Source: Heterodontus francisci
Taxonomy: Eukaryota
Assembly (NCBI RefSeq): GCF_036365525.1
Contig: NC_090377.1
Coordinates: forward strand, 97,085,141 to 97,149,140
Direction: 5' to 3'
DNA length: 64,000 nt
Shown: one piece after another, positions 12,597 to 25,360 of the stretch
Layout of the letters: every line of letters begins with the position of its first letter
How positions within the stretch are numbered: the first letter of the stretch is position 1
Notes under the pieces: model-generated
Told to the model about the DNA's origin: nothing
Seen by the model: the letters and a program-made list of their open reading frames with translations, nothing else
The model's database searches: none
Translations under genes and position numbers: made by a program

Positions 12597-14004
12597 TTTT
12601 TTTCATTCATTCGTGGGATGTGGGCATTGCTGGCTAGGACAGCATTTATTGCCCATTCCACAGTCCACGTGGGGTAGGGCCACCCACAGTGCTGTTAGGA
12701 AGGAAGTTCCAGGATTTTGATCCTGTGACAGTGAATGAACAGCGATTTATAGTTCCAAATCAGGATGGTGTGTGACTTGGAGGGGAATATGCAGGTGGTG
12801 ATCTTCCCATGCAACTGCTACCCTTGTCCTTCTAGGTGGTAGAGGTCCTGGGTTTGGAAGGTGCTGTCTAAGGAGTTTTGATGCATTGCTGCAGTGCACC
12901 TTGTAGATGGTACACACTTCTGCCAATGTACATCGGTGGTGAAGGGAATGAATGTTTGTGGATGGGGTGCCAATCAAGCAGGCTGCTTTGTCCTGGATGG
13001 TGTCGAGCTTCTTGAGTGTTGTTGGAGCTGCACCCATCCAGACAAGTGGAGAGTATTCCATCACAGTCCTGAGTAGTGCCTTGTAGATGATGGATAGGCT
13101 TCGGGGAGTCAGGGGATGAGTTACTTGCCGCAGGATTCCTAACCTCTGACCTGCTCTTTGTAGCCATGGTATTTATATGGCTATTCCAGTTCAATTTCTG
13201 GTCAATGGTTACCCTTAGGATCTTGATAATGGGGGATTCAGCGATTTGTAATGCCATTGAATGTCAAGAGGAGATGGTTAGATTCTCTCTTGTTTGTTTG
13301 AGGTAGTCATTGCCTGGTGCTTTTGTGGTGCGAATGTTACTTCCTACTTATCAGCCTAAGCCTGGATATTGTCTGGGTCTTGCTGCATTTCTACACAGAC
13401 TGATTCAGTTTCCGAGGAGTCATGAATGGTGCTGAACATTGTGCAATCATCAGTGAATATCCTCACTTCTGACCTTACGATTGAAGGAAGGTCATTGATG
13501 AAGCAGCTGAAGATGGTTGGGCCTAGGACCCTACCCTGAGGAACTCCTGCATTGATGGCCTGGAGCTGAGATGATTGACCTCCAACAACCACAACCATCT
13601 ATCTACCTTTGTGTTAGGTATGACTCCAACCAGTGGAGAATTTCCCCCGATTCCCATTAACTCCAGTTTTGTTAGGGTTCCTTGATGCCATACTCAGTCA
13701 AATGCTGCCTTGATGTCAAGGGCAGTCACTTTCACCTCACTTCTTGAGTTCAGCTCTTTTGTCCATGTTTGAACCAAGGCTGTAATGAGGTCAAGTGCTG
13801 AATGGCCCTGGCAGAACCCAAGCTGAGCGTCACTGAGCAGGTTATTGCTGCGTAAGTGCCACTTGACAGCGATGACCCCTTCCATCACTTTGCTGATTGA
13901 GAGTAGACTGATGGGGTGGTAATTGGCTGGGTTGGATTTGTCCTGCTTTTTGTATACAGGACATACCTGGGCAATTTTCCACATTACCAGGTAAATGCCA
14001 TGTT
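12597..14004 (-). mobile_element. 5'-truncated copy of the LINE family at 53596-56762
   Basis: RT motifs ALDIKAAFD, GVPQG.VLGP, FTDDCT; shared 3' tail (cccacatccc.cgaatgaa + poly-A). Confidence 0.88.
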
Positions 14005-14600
14005 TGAAGAGGAAACCCCTCCTAGGGCTGGGGAGGGGTTGGAGGGTGAGACCACAACAGATGATTAAGCACATGTTTTGCAATTTCAAGATCTACCTGG
14101 AAATTTTAAAAGAATAGTTGTATTTGAAATTTCTTCTTCTCCCTTTGCAATGAATGATGTAAAGTTCAAAGGGTACTTGTACCATATCAATGTATGAGCC
14201 TAGTCATTGTGATTTGGCAAGCTATTTTCAAGTGGAAGCCATCAGAGGATCCTAATCCTGTTGAAATTGGATAATGTGTTTTCACAGGCATAAGTCAGGA
14301 ATGGGAATGCTTGTTTTTTTTTTTCCTTCCTGCATAACTCCAAGAACTAAGGCCAACTTTAGCAGCCCAATTGTTGTCTTCCTAAGATTTGCTAGCAGAC
14401 TGGGGATTGAACTTTGGACCTTCCAAAGTGATAATGGCTTAATGCTACACTATTTGCTATGATGGTTTGACATTTTATTCACCCCTTAGTAATACTATTA
14501 CTTTCCTCTGTCTATCCTTCAATAGATTTTGTACATGTCAATTCAACTCTTAGTGAAGAGATCCATTTTTAGCTGGCTGGATGAACTATTGATTATTGAA

Positions 14601-14784
14601 AGCAAAATACTGCAGATGCTGGAAATCTGAAACAAATACAAGAAATGCTGGAATCACTCAGCAGGTCTGGCAGCATCTGTGGAAAGAGAAGCAGAGTTAA
14701 CGTTTTGGGTCGACCCGAAACGTTAACTCTGCTTCTCTTTCCACAGATGCTGCCAGACCTGCTGAGTGATTCCAGCATTTCTTG
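14601..14784. mobile_element. Fold-back mini-PLE
   Basis: 77-bp inverted arms, one mismatch, no loop; 14-bp TSD TATTGATTATTGAA. Confidence 0.88.
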
Positions 14785-15216
14785 TATTGATTATTGAAGA
14801 CAACTGGCAACCTTTTCATGCCTCAGTACTGTCAGCATGCTACTGTCAGCTGAATCATGTCAGATGCTTTGGGATTGGAAAAGGGGTTGAACAAGAGTCC
14901 ACAATTTACCCGTCTAAGAAGCCTCCTTATGAAATGGCCATACAGAATCAAGTTGAGTTTCTGTTCATATTAAGGGAAATGGTAAAGGATAGAATTTTGA
15001 GATTTTGTTCAATTTCTAGCTGTACTGAGCCTTAATGGACCTAAAATGAAATGGGATAAAATGGTTAAGTATGGAGGGAGGAATTTGAACCAAGTCAAAC
15101 TAACATTTTGTTTTGTCCCATTTACGGTGTAACAAACTGTATGCCAAAGCTCGCTCTTTTGTACAAAAGAATACAGCCTTATTGTCATGTTTAATAACCA
15201 TAATATATATTTCCAG

Positions 15217-15363
15217 GTATCTGTCATCTTGTGGCATTTTAATGAACAGAACTCCAGTACTCAAGACACAAAGACATTGCTTTACACAACAAAGAAGTTT
15301 TTTCAACCTTGCTGGGCCGCTAATAAATAAGAAGAAAGAGTATTCTGAGAGACGCGTAATGGG
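15217..15363 (+). CDS. COQ10B: COQ10B coding exon 2
   Basis: ttccag| acceptor; translates [12 protein letters not shown]...[16 protein letters not shown], matching vertebrate COQ10B; donor GG|GTTCGT. Confidence 0.95.
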
Positions 15364-15375
15364 GTTCGTATTTTA

Positions 15376-18300
15376 AATGTTCTTAATGAAGACTTTGCGT
15401 TTGTTTTTACAAAGAGAGGGACAATACAGACATTGCAATCGTGGAGGTGGAGTGTGAAATGTTAGATCAAATTAACTTAGTGAGAGAGGATGTATTAAGG
15501 GGTTTAATATTATTGAAAGTGACAAATTGCCAGGCCTGGATGCAATTTACCCTAGGCTGTTAAGGGAAGCAAAAGAAGAAATAGCAGAGTGTCTGACTGT
15601 CATTTTCCAATCCCCTCTGGCTACAGGTATGGCGCCAGAGGTCTGGAGGACAGCTGATGTCCCATTGTTTAAAAAGTGAGATAGGGATAGACTGAGCAAT
15701 TATAGGCCAGTCAGCCTAACCTCAGTGGTGGAAAGATTATTGGAAAAAATTCTGAGGGACAGGATAAATTTCCATTTAGAAAGTCATGCATTCATCAAAG
15801 ATAACACGGATTTATTAAGGGAAGGTCGTGTCTGACTGGCATTAAATTCTTTTGAGGAGGGTCAGAGAGGGTAGTGCATTTGATGTAGTTTATATGGATT
15901 TTAGCAAGGCTTTTTACAAGGTCCCAAATGGCTATGGTCATGAAAATAAAAGAGCATGTGATCCAAGGCAAAATGGCAAGTTGCATATATATTGGCTCAG
16001 AGGCAGGAAGCAAAGGGTGTTTTGTTGACTGGAAGGCTGTGTCTAGTGGGGTTCTACAGGTTTCAGTACTAGGTCCCTTGCTTTTTGTGGTATATATATC
16101 AATGATCTGGACTTTAATATAGGGGGGAGGATTATAAGTTTTAAGATGATACAAAAATTGACACTGTGGTTGGTAATCAAGAAGATAGCTATAGACTGCA
16201 GGAAGATATCATGGACCAGTCAAGTGGGCAGAACAGTGGCATAGAAACAGAGAAAATAGGAGCAGGAGTAGGCCATTTGGCCCTTAGAGCCTGCTCTGCC
16301 ATTCATTATGATCATGGCTGATCATCCAACTCAGTAGCCTGTTCCCGCTTTCGCCCCATACCCTTTGATCCCTTTAGACCCAAGAGCTATATCTAACTCC
16401 TTTTTGAAAACATTCAATGTTTTGGCCTGGACTGCTTTCTGTGGTAGCGAATTCCACATGTTCGCCACTCTCTGGGTGAGGAAATTTCTCCTCATCTCAG
16501 ACCTGAAAGGTTTACCCTGTATCCCTAGACTATGATCCCTGGTTCTGGACTCCCCCACCATCGGGAACCTCCTTCCTGCATCTACCCTGTCAAGTCCTGT
16601 TAGAATTTTATAGGTTTCTATGAGATCCCCCCCCCCTCAGTCTTCTGAACTCCAGTGAATATAATCCTAATCGACTCAATCTCCTCCTACGTCAGTCCTG
16701 CCATCCCAGGAATCAGTCTGGTAAACCGTCGCTGCACTCCCTCTATAGCAAGAACATCCTTCCTCAGATAAGGAGACCAAAACTGCGCGCACTATTCCAG
16801 GTGTGGCCTCACCAAGGCCCTGTATAATTGCAGCAAGACATCCCTGCTCCTTTACTCAAATCCTCTCTCTATGAATGCCAACATACCATTTGCCTTTTTT
16901 ACAGCCTGTTGCACCTGCATGCTTACCTTCAGCAACTGGTGTACGAGAACACCCAGGTCTCACTGCATATTCCCCTCTCTTAGTTTATAGCCATTTAGAT
17001 AATCTGCCTTCCTGTTTTTGCTACCAAAGTGGATAACCTCACATTTATCCACATTATACTGCATTTGCCATGTATCAGCCCACTCAATAAACTTGTCCAA
17101 ATCACCCTGAAGCCCCTCTGCATCTTCCTCACAACTCAGCCTCCCACCCAGTTTTGTGTCATCTGCAAATTTGGAGATATTACATTTAGTTCCCTCATCT
17201 AAATCATTAATGTATATTGTGAATAGCTGGGGTCCTAGCACCGATCATTGTGGTACTCCACTAGTCACTGCCTGCCATTCGGAAAAAGACCCATTTATCC
17301 CTACTCTTTGTTTCCTGTCCGCCAACCAATTTTCTATTCATCGCAATACACTACCCCCAATCCCATGCGCTTTAATTTTACATGCTAATCTCTTGTGTGG
17401 GACTTTGTCAAAAGCCTTCTGAAAGTCCAAATAAACCACATTCACTGGCTCCCCCTCATCAACTCTACTAGTTACATCCTTGAAGAATTCTAGTAGATTT
17501 GTCAAGCATGATTTCCCTTTCGTAAATCCATGCTGACTCTGCCCGATTCTACCACTGTTCTCTAAGTGCTCTGCTATAAGATCTTTGATAATGCATTCTA
17601 GAATTTTCCCCACTACTGACGTCAGGCTGACTGGTCTATAATTCCCTGCTTTCTCTCTACCTCCATTTTTAAATAGTGGTGTTACATTAGCTACCCTCCA
17701 ATCTGTAGGAACTGTTCCAGAGTCTATAGAATCTTGCAAGATGATCACCATTGCATCCACTATTTCTTGGGCCACTTCCTTAAGTACTCTGGGATGTAGA
17801 TTATCAGACCCTGGGGATTTATTGGCCTTCAATCCCACCAATTTCCCCAACACCATTTCTCTACTAATACTGATTTCTTTCCGTTCCTATCTCTCACTAA
17901 GCCCCGTGTTCCCCAACATTTCTGGTGTGATATTTGTGTCCTCCTTTGTGAAGACAGAACCAAAGTATGCATTTAGTTGGTCAGCCATTTCTTTATTCCC
18001 CATAATAAATTCCCCTGTTTCTGACTGTAAGGGACCTACATTTGTCTTCACCAATCTTTTTCTCTTCACATACCTATAGAAACTTTTACAGTTAGCTTTT
18101 ATGTTCCCCACAAGCTTGCTCTCGTACTCTATTTTCCCCTTCTTAATCAATCCCTTGGTCCTCCTTTGCTGAATTCTAAACTGCTCCCAATCCTCGGGTC
18201 TGTTGTTTTTCCTGGCAAATTTGTATGCCTCTTCCTTGGATCTAATACTATCTCTAATTTCCCTTGTTAGCCATGGTTTGGCTACCTTTCCCATTTTACT

Positions 18301-20305
18301 TTTGCGCCAGACAGGGATAAACAATTGTTGCAGCTCATCCAAGCGCTCTTTAAATGTTTGCCATTGCCAATCCACCGTCATCCCTTTAAGTAAAGTTTCC
18401 CAATCTGTCATGGCCAACTCGCGCCTCATACCTTCGTAGTTTCCTTTACTAAGATTCAGGACCCTTGTCTCAGAATCAACGATGTCACTCTCCATCTTGA
18501 TGAAGAATTCTATCATATTATGGTCGCTCGTCCCCAAGGGGTCTTGCACCACGAGATTGTCAATTCTTCCTCTCATTACACAATACCTAGTCTAGGATGG
18601 ACTGTTCTCTAGTTGATTCCTCAACATATTGCTCCAGAAAACCATTCCGTATACACTCCAAGAATTCCTCCTCTACGGTATTGTGACTAATTTGATTTGT
18701 CCAATCAATATGCAGATTAAAGTCACCCATAATTACAGATGTTCCTTTATCGCATGCATCTCTAATTTCCTGTTTAATGCCATTCCCAACATCACCAGTA
18801 CAGTTTGGGGGTCTATATACAACCCCCACTAACGTTTTTTGCCCCTTAGTGTTTCTCCGCTCTACCCATACAGATTCCCCATCGTCAGAGCTAATATCTT
18901 TCCTCACTATTGCGTTAATTTCCTCTTTAACCAGCAATGCTACTCCACTGCCTTTTGCTTTTTGTTTGTCCTTCCTAAATACTGAATATCCCTGGATGTT
19001 CATTTCCCATCCCTGGTCACCTTGCAGCCATGTCTCTGTAATCCTGACCTTATCATACCCATTTACATCTATTTGTGTGAATAATTCATCCACTTTATTG
19101 CGAATGCTCCGCGCTTTAAGACACAAAGCCTTAAGGCTTGTCTTTTTAACATTACATGTCCTCTTCCCAATATTTTTCACTGTGTCCCTGTTTGATTCTG
19201 GCCCTTGATTTCTTTGCCTATCACTTTTCTCATTCCCCTTACTGTCTTTTGTTCTTGTCTTTGAACCCCCCCCCCCCCCTCCTCTGACTCCTTGCGAAGG
19301 TTCCCATCCCCCTAATGGAGTTCAATCTGGAGAAGTGGTGGGTGCGTGGAATGCACTGCCAGCGGTGGTGGTAGAAGCAGATACATTAGGGACATTTAAG
19401 AGACTCTTGGATAGGTACACGGATGATAGTAGTATGAAGGGTATGTAGGTAGTTTGATCCTAGAGTAGGTTAAAGGTTCGGCGCAACATCGTGGGCTGAA
19501 GGGCCTGTACTGTGCTGCACTGTTCTATGTTCTAAGTGTGAGGTACGGCATTTGGGGAAGACTAACAAGGAAAGGGAATATACAATAAATGGTTGTTTAC
19601 TGAGAAGTGTAGAGGAACAGAGGGACCTTGGAGTGCATGTCCACAGTTCCCTGAAGGTGGCTGGATACGTAGATAAGATGGTCAAGAAGGCATACAGGAT
19701 AATTGCCTTTATTAGCTGAGGCATAGAATACAAGAGCTGGGAAGTTATGCTGGAACTGTATCAAACACGAGTTAGGCCACAGCTTGAATACTGCTTGCAA
19801 TTTTGGTCACCACACTATAGGAAAGATGTGATTGCACTAGAGAGAGTATGGAGGAGATTTATGAGGATGTTGCCTGAATTTTAGTTCTAAGGAATGGTTG
19901 TATAGGCAAAGGTTGTTTTCTTTGGAATAATGGGGGCAGAGGGGCGACTTAATTCAAATGTAGAAAATTGAGGGGTCTCGATGGAGTGGATAGGAAGGCC
20001 CTATTCTCCTTGGTTGAAGGGCCCATAACCGGGGGGCATAGATTTAGGGTAAGAGGTAGGATGTTTAGTGGGGATTTGAAGGAAATTTTTTCATGAGGGT
20101 GGTGGGATCTGGAACTCACTGCCTGAAAGGCTGGTACAGGCAGAAATGTTTATAATGTTTTAAAAAGTACTTGGTTATGCATTTGAAGTGCTGTAATCTA
20201 CAAGACCAAGAGCTGGAAAGGGGTTTAGGCTGGATCGTTGCTTGCTGGCCGGTGTGGACACGATGGGTCAAATGGCTTCCTCCTTTGCTGTAAATTTCTA
20301 TGATT
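15376..20305 (+). mobile_element. Older CR1 (15376-16241 and 19312-20305) split by younger CR1 insertions
   Basis: Degraded RT motifs (SGVLQVSVLGPLLF); the sequence resumes after the nested element at ...gaacagtggca / aatggagttcaat...; a small CR1 3' end (19339-19533) flanked by AAGTG is also nested. Confidence 0.8.
16242..19311 (-). mobile_element. CR1 LINE, complete ORF2 region with few disablements
   Basis: Consecutive ORF pieces cover APE (ITETWL, VYRPP, MGDFN, SDHN) and RT (YLDFQKAFDKVPH, YINDLD, KFADDTK). Confidence 0.93.
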
Positions 20306-20370
20306 GTAAATTTCTTTCTCCACTTGTACATTAGTTTTGATGGGAAATTTAATTTTAATTCCTTTTTTAG

Positions 20371-20563
20371 GTTTTCTATGCTGGAAATGTACAATGTAGT
20401 GTCTGGTGTTGCTGACTACAAGCATTTTGTACCATGGTGCAAGAAATCAGAAGTCATATCTAAACGCTCAGGGTATGCTAAAGCTCAACTCGAAATAGGA
20501 TTTCCACCAATAGTTGAACGGTACACATCGGTTGTGACCCTGGTACGACCACATTTAGTTAAG
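20371..20563 (+). CDS. COQ10B: COQ10B coding exon 3 (START/polyketide-cyclase-like domain)
   Basis: ttttag| acceptor; [26 protein letters not shown]...[25 protein letters not shown]; AAG|GTAATG donor; 193 bp. Confidence 0.97.
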
Positions 20564-21577
20564 GTAATGTTTCAATATTAGTGTTTTTTTTGTATATTTA
20601 AAATGAAACTTATTCACTTGAGACTTATGGTTCCTTGTTGAGAGAGGTATTGGTCAGCCTCGCAAGACCTCTCCCAAATGGGCATTATTCATGTCAGCCT
20701 TGACAGTGCAATAATTTGCCAAGTCTTAATCGTTCGCAACTCTTTTCAATTGCCTACTTCATCAGGAACAAGAACTATGGTTGAGTTCTCCCCCGCCACC
20801 ACCCCTCTTCCTGACCCGGGGCACTGAGGTCAATTGTAGTATTTCTGTCACCCCAGCTGGCTCAGCACAGATGGCTGATCAAATCCAGAACATTCCTGGT
20901 TTTCATCATTCAGCTACCCACTGGATAAACCACAGCCATCAAAGAGGATTATAATTACCAATTCTGTTATGTATAAAACAAAGACAGTGAAGTATGATCC
21001 AAGTGTTTTCAGCCAAGAAAATCTTAACATGGGCAGTGATCCGAAGTTCATTTTCTGCATCAAAATTACCTAAATTCCCCCAATTTGTCTTTTTAAAATC
21101 GATGATTTTTATTTAATTTCAATAAGTTGAAGTATATAAGGTACAGCTAATGAAACGTAAGCTAATGCAGTGATCAGTCATCTTAGATTTGAGTTACAGA
21201 TTGAAATGCACTTCCACACTTTTTTTAAAATTTAGACCATCCCCATCTCTGTGTTCTCTGTATACTTCTGGAAGTTCCAACTTTTGCCCAGACATATTTT
21301 GATGCACCATTCACTCCAGCACCAGACCAAATGCCATTCTTTGTGTGACAGTAAGTGTTGGCTGACTGTTCAAGAACAGAGTGCATTACAATGTAACCTG
21401 ATGCTCTCTACACCCTATTCCCAGAAAAATGCACTTTATAACAGAAGTCATTGGATAGTTATCAGGAATAGGAAACCTAAATGATTCTTTCCCCTCTCTA
21501 ACCCAAGAACACAAGGGCCAATTATACTACTCCAACTCCTAGTCCTGGCTAAGATCAACTAAGTCAGAAATGCAACC

Positions 21578-21840
21578 TTAGCAGACGCACGGGAACACCA
21601 CCACCTGCAAGTTCCCCTCCGCGCCTCACACCATTCTGACTTGGAACTATATTGCCCTTCATTCAGTGTCGCTGGGTCAAAAACCTGGAACTCCCTTCCT
21701 AACAGCACTGTTGGTGTACCTACACCCCAATGACTGTAGCAGTTTAAGAAGGCAGCTCACCACCACCTTCTCAAGGGCAATTAGGAAAGGGCAATAAATA
21801 CTGGCGATGCCCACATCCTATGAATGAATTTTTTTTTTTT
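21578..21840 (+). mobile_element. 3' end fragment of the 53596-56762 LINE family
   Basis: Aligns with 56530-56760. Confidence 0.8.
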
Positions 21841-23025
21841 TAAACCTGAAACCACCTGATCTCTATGGCTCAGCTACTCCCTTTATCAATTGACCCATTG
21901 CAGGTGGTTCTTATTTTTTGTTTTGTTTTGGGGAGTTGTTTTTCTTCTGCCCCTGCCCCCTCTAAATTGGTAAATTTTTGATTTAAAAATTTTATGCTGT
22001 AGCTGAATTGTTGCATTTAGTGACATGTACCAGAAAGAAGAATCTAGGTTTCCACCCTCATTTATTTTACAATTTCCCCTTCCTTCATTTGCACCATGCA
22101 AGTCTTCGACAGCAGTGTTGACTTGGGACCTGCTCCCACATTTCTGTCAACCCCACTTGGAAAACAGCTGCCAGAAGGAGCACAAGAGATGTATGAGGTG
22201 ATTTTCCTAGTGTTTATTTTCCTCCTTATCTCCGTATGAGGAAGAACCCTGCTCAGATCTGTTCCACTTTGGTGATGTAGTTGCAACTTCCTTTATGGAG
22301 AAATCACAACTGTGAACGGTATCCTACCATTCTGGTGTGCAGCATATTGAAGCACTGCACATTTTGCTTTCCTGCACCCCATTCTGACCACCGCCTACTA
22401 CCCCAATTCCTTTTATGTCCATGTAGTTTAATCATTAGGCAGGAATTGAGGATTGTGTTTTTGCAGGACGTTCTATATCCCACATACATATTTGTAAAAT
22501 AGCTTTGGCAGAAAGACCAGCAATGTGGGCTGATGTACTTTAGACCTCTAAGTTGGGAAGATCACTGATTTGACCTGCAAATGTGACCAGAATGAGCAGG
22601 AAGGAAAATGGAAATGACTGCCAATGCGGGATACAGTAGTGTAGTGGTTGCGCTACTGCACAAGCAACCCAGGAACCTCAAATTCATATCCAACAGTGGC
22701 AAATTGTGAAATTAAATTTTGGTATTTTGTAGGCTGGCACTCCTACCTGGTTTACTTGCAACTCCAGTCTGCACTACTTGGTTGATTTATTCCCCTGCAC
22801 ACGCACTGACGCTTGACTCTTAATGTGTAATAAAAACAGTTTCTCATGGCAGCAAAGGAAGGGTAATAAGTGCAGCCTTGTCTACATCTTGAACAATTTT
22901 CTTTTTAATTAGTACAATGTGCAGGCTTTTTAAATGAAATGTATCGATTTAAAGTGAAAAATCTACTGAATTATGGTGCTTATGTTTTCACACAGCTGAC
23001 ATTCTTACTGTTACATTCATTGCAG

Positions 23026-23127
23026 GCCTCTTGTACAGATGGGAGACTATTTAATCATTTGGAGACAAATTGGCGATTCAGCCCTGGAGTTCCTGGATAT
23101 CCAAGGACCTGCACTGTTGACTTTTCG
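23026..23127 (+). CDS. COQ10B: COQ10B coding exon 4
   Basis: tgcag| acceptor; [34 protein letters not shown]; TCG|GTAGGC donor; 102 bp. Confidence 0.97.
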
Positions 23128-24494
23128 GTAGGCCACGTGAGACTTGCTTCATATACAGTTTTAATTTTCGATTAACACTAATCTTTCATAAATGAAATAG
23201 CTGTCAATTCTTGAACGACTGATTTAGTTCAGCTCATGTACAATACTTTCTAATATGTCCTGTGCTATCCAGATTTAATCAGGGGAATATTTGTTCTTCC
23301 TCATTTGTCCTTTTACATTAATTTTTTTGGGCCTATTAAAAGGATGGCTAAATGTATGAATTTGAGAAGAACAAGAAAAGACCATCAGACCTGTCAAGCC
23401 AACGTGCAACTTCGCACTCTATTCACTCATCCCTGAACCATCTTATCATTTTAAAGAGGAAGAAACATTGGAAAATTCCTTCTGCCTTTTAAAACAATCA
23501 AATTCAGCAGCTTATGACACTTCACAATCAACTAAACCACACCCCCCGCCACCACAACTGGAGATGTACTGTTCTCTTGGGAACATAGCCAGTTCCCTTT
23601 TTAAAGAACTAATGTGACTCCATACTCAGTGTATTCCTTGACCGTCTGTTCCAGAGGACAATTATTCTGTGAAAAGAAATACTTTTTGGCATCAAAATCT
23701 TTGCCTATGGATTTTATATACATGGCAATTGACCTATCAGCCATACCCATTTCAAATAACCAGACTGTATCAAAACTTCAGTCATATCCCCTGTAAGCAT
23801 CTTCCTCCAAAGTAAGTAACATTAATAATAGAGCTTACCCTCATAACAAAGCTCTAAGATACAATATCATTCTGATTACCTTTCTCTGCACCCTCTCAGG
23901 TTCGCTGAAATCTTTTGGTATTTAAGCATATACCAGACATAGTTTTTCACACAATGGCCTTAGCGATACAACCAAAAACCCTATTTGGTACATCATGCTG
24001 TTTTCACATCTTTAACAAGTGATCAGTGCTTACTTTCAGGTTCCTCTTACTTAATCTGTTAATGTTAACAAGTACCCTGTAAGAATAAACATGTCTGGCA
24101 TGCCAATGCACTTGCCCATGTTAAATGACATCTGCCACACGATGTCCCATTGATCTAATTTGACCTTTATTCTACTGATTTAGTTTGAATTACTGTATTC
24201 TCAAATTTAAGGAGATGGGGAGGGACAAGGTCATGACAGGATTTAAACACAAAGATGAGTATTTGAAATCTGAGGCATTGGGGCCAGGCTGCAATGTAGG
24301 TCAGTAAGGACTTTGGTAACAGGGGAGTGGGACTGAATGTGAATAGGATAGTTTTAGATGAGCTGAGATTTACAGAGCATGGGAAGCTGGCCAGAAAAGC
24401 ATTGGAATGGAGTCTGGAGGTGGCACAATCATTGAGGATTTCAGGGGCAGATGGGCTAAAGCGGTTGAGGTTATGGATGTGGAAGTAGGCAGCC

Positions 24495-25360
24495 TTCTTC
24501 TCCTTTCTTTTTTGGCCTCCTTGTCTCTGGAGACAATGGATAAGCGCCTGGAGGTGGTCAGTGGTTTGTGGAGCAGCGCCTGGAGTGGCTATAAAGGCCA
24601 ATACTAGAGTGACAGACTCTTCCACAGGTGCTGTAGAAAAAATTGGTTGTCGGGGCTGTTACACAGTTGGCTCTCTCCTTGCGCTTCTGTCTTTTTTCCT
24701 GCCAACTAAGTCTCTTGGACTCGCCGCACTTTAGCCCCGCCTTTATGGCTGCCCGCCAGCTCTGGCGATCACTGGCACCTGACTCCCACGACTTGTGATC
24801 AATGTGACAGGACTTCATGTCGCGTTTTGCAGACGTCTTTAAAGCGGAGACATGGACGGCCGGTAGGTCTGATACCAGTGGCGAGCTCGCTGTACAATGT
24901 GTCCTTGGGGATCCTGCCATCTTCCACGTGGCTCATATGGCCACGCCATCTCAAGCGCCGCTGACTCAGTAGTTGTATAAGCTGGGGATGTTGGCCGCCT
25001 TGAGGACTACTGTAATAAAAGCAAAATACTGCGGATGCTGGAAATCTGAAACAAAAACAAGAAATGCTGGAGTCACTCAGCAGGTCTGGCAGCATCTGTG
25101 GAAAGAGAAGCAGAGTTAACGTTTCGGGTCAGTGACCCTTCATCGGAAGAAGGGTCACTGACCCGAAATGTTAACTCTGCTTCTCTTTCCACAGATGCTG
25201 CCAGACCTGCTGAGTGAATCCAGCATTTCTTGTTTTTGTTGTTGAGGACTACTGTGTTGGAGATGCGGTCCTGCCACTTGATGCCAAAAATTCTCCGGAG
25301 GCAGCGAAGATGGAATGAATTGAGACGTCGCTCTTGGCTGACATACGTTGTCCAGGCCTA
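24495..25360 (-). mobile_element. RTE (BovB-like) LINE 3' part, nested in an L2-like fragment and interrupted by a mini-PLE
   Basis: RRLRWRGHMSHVEDGRIPKDTLYSELATGIRPTGRPCLRFKDVCK, a typical RTE C-terminus. Confidence 0.88.
25014..25241. mobile_element. Fold-back mini-PLE
   Basis: 92-bp inverted arms (25050-25141 / 25149-25240), two mismatches; 14-bp TSD TTGAGGACTACTGT. Confidence 0.88.
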
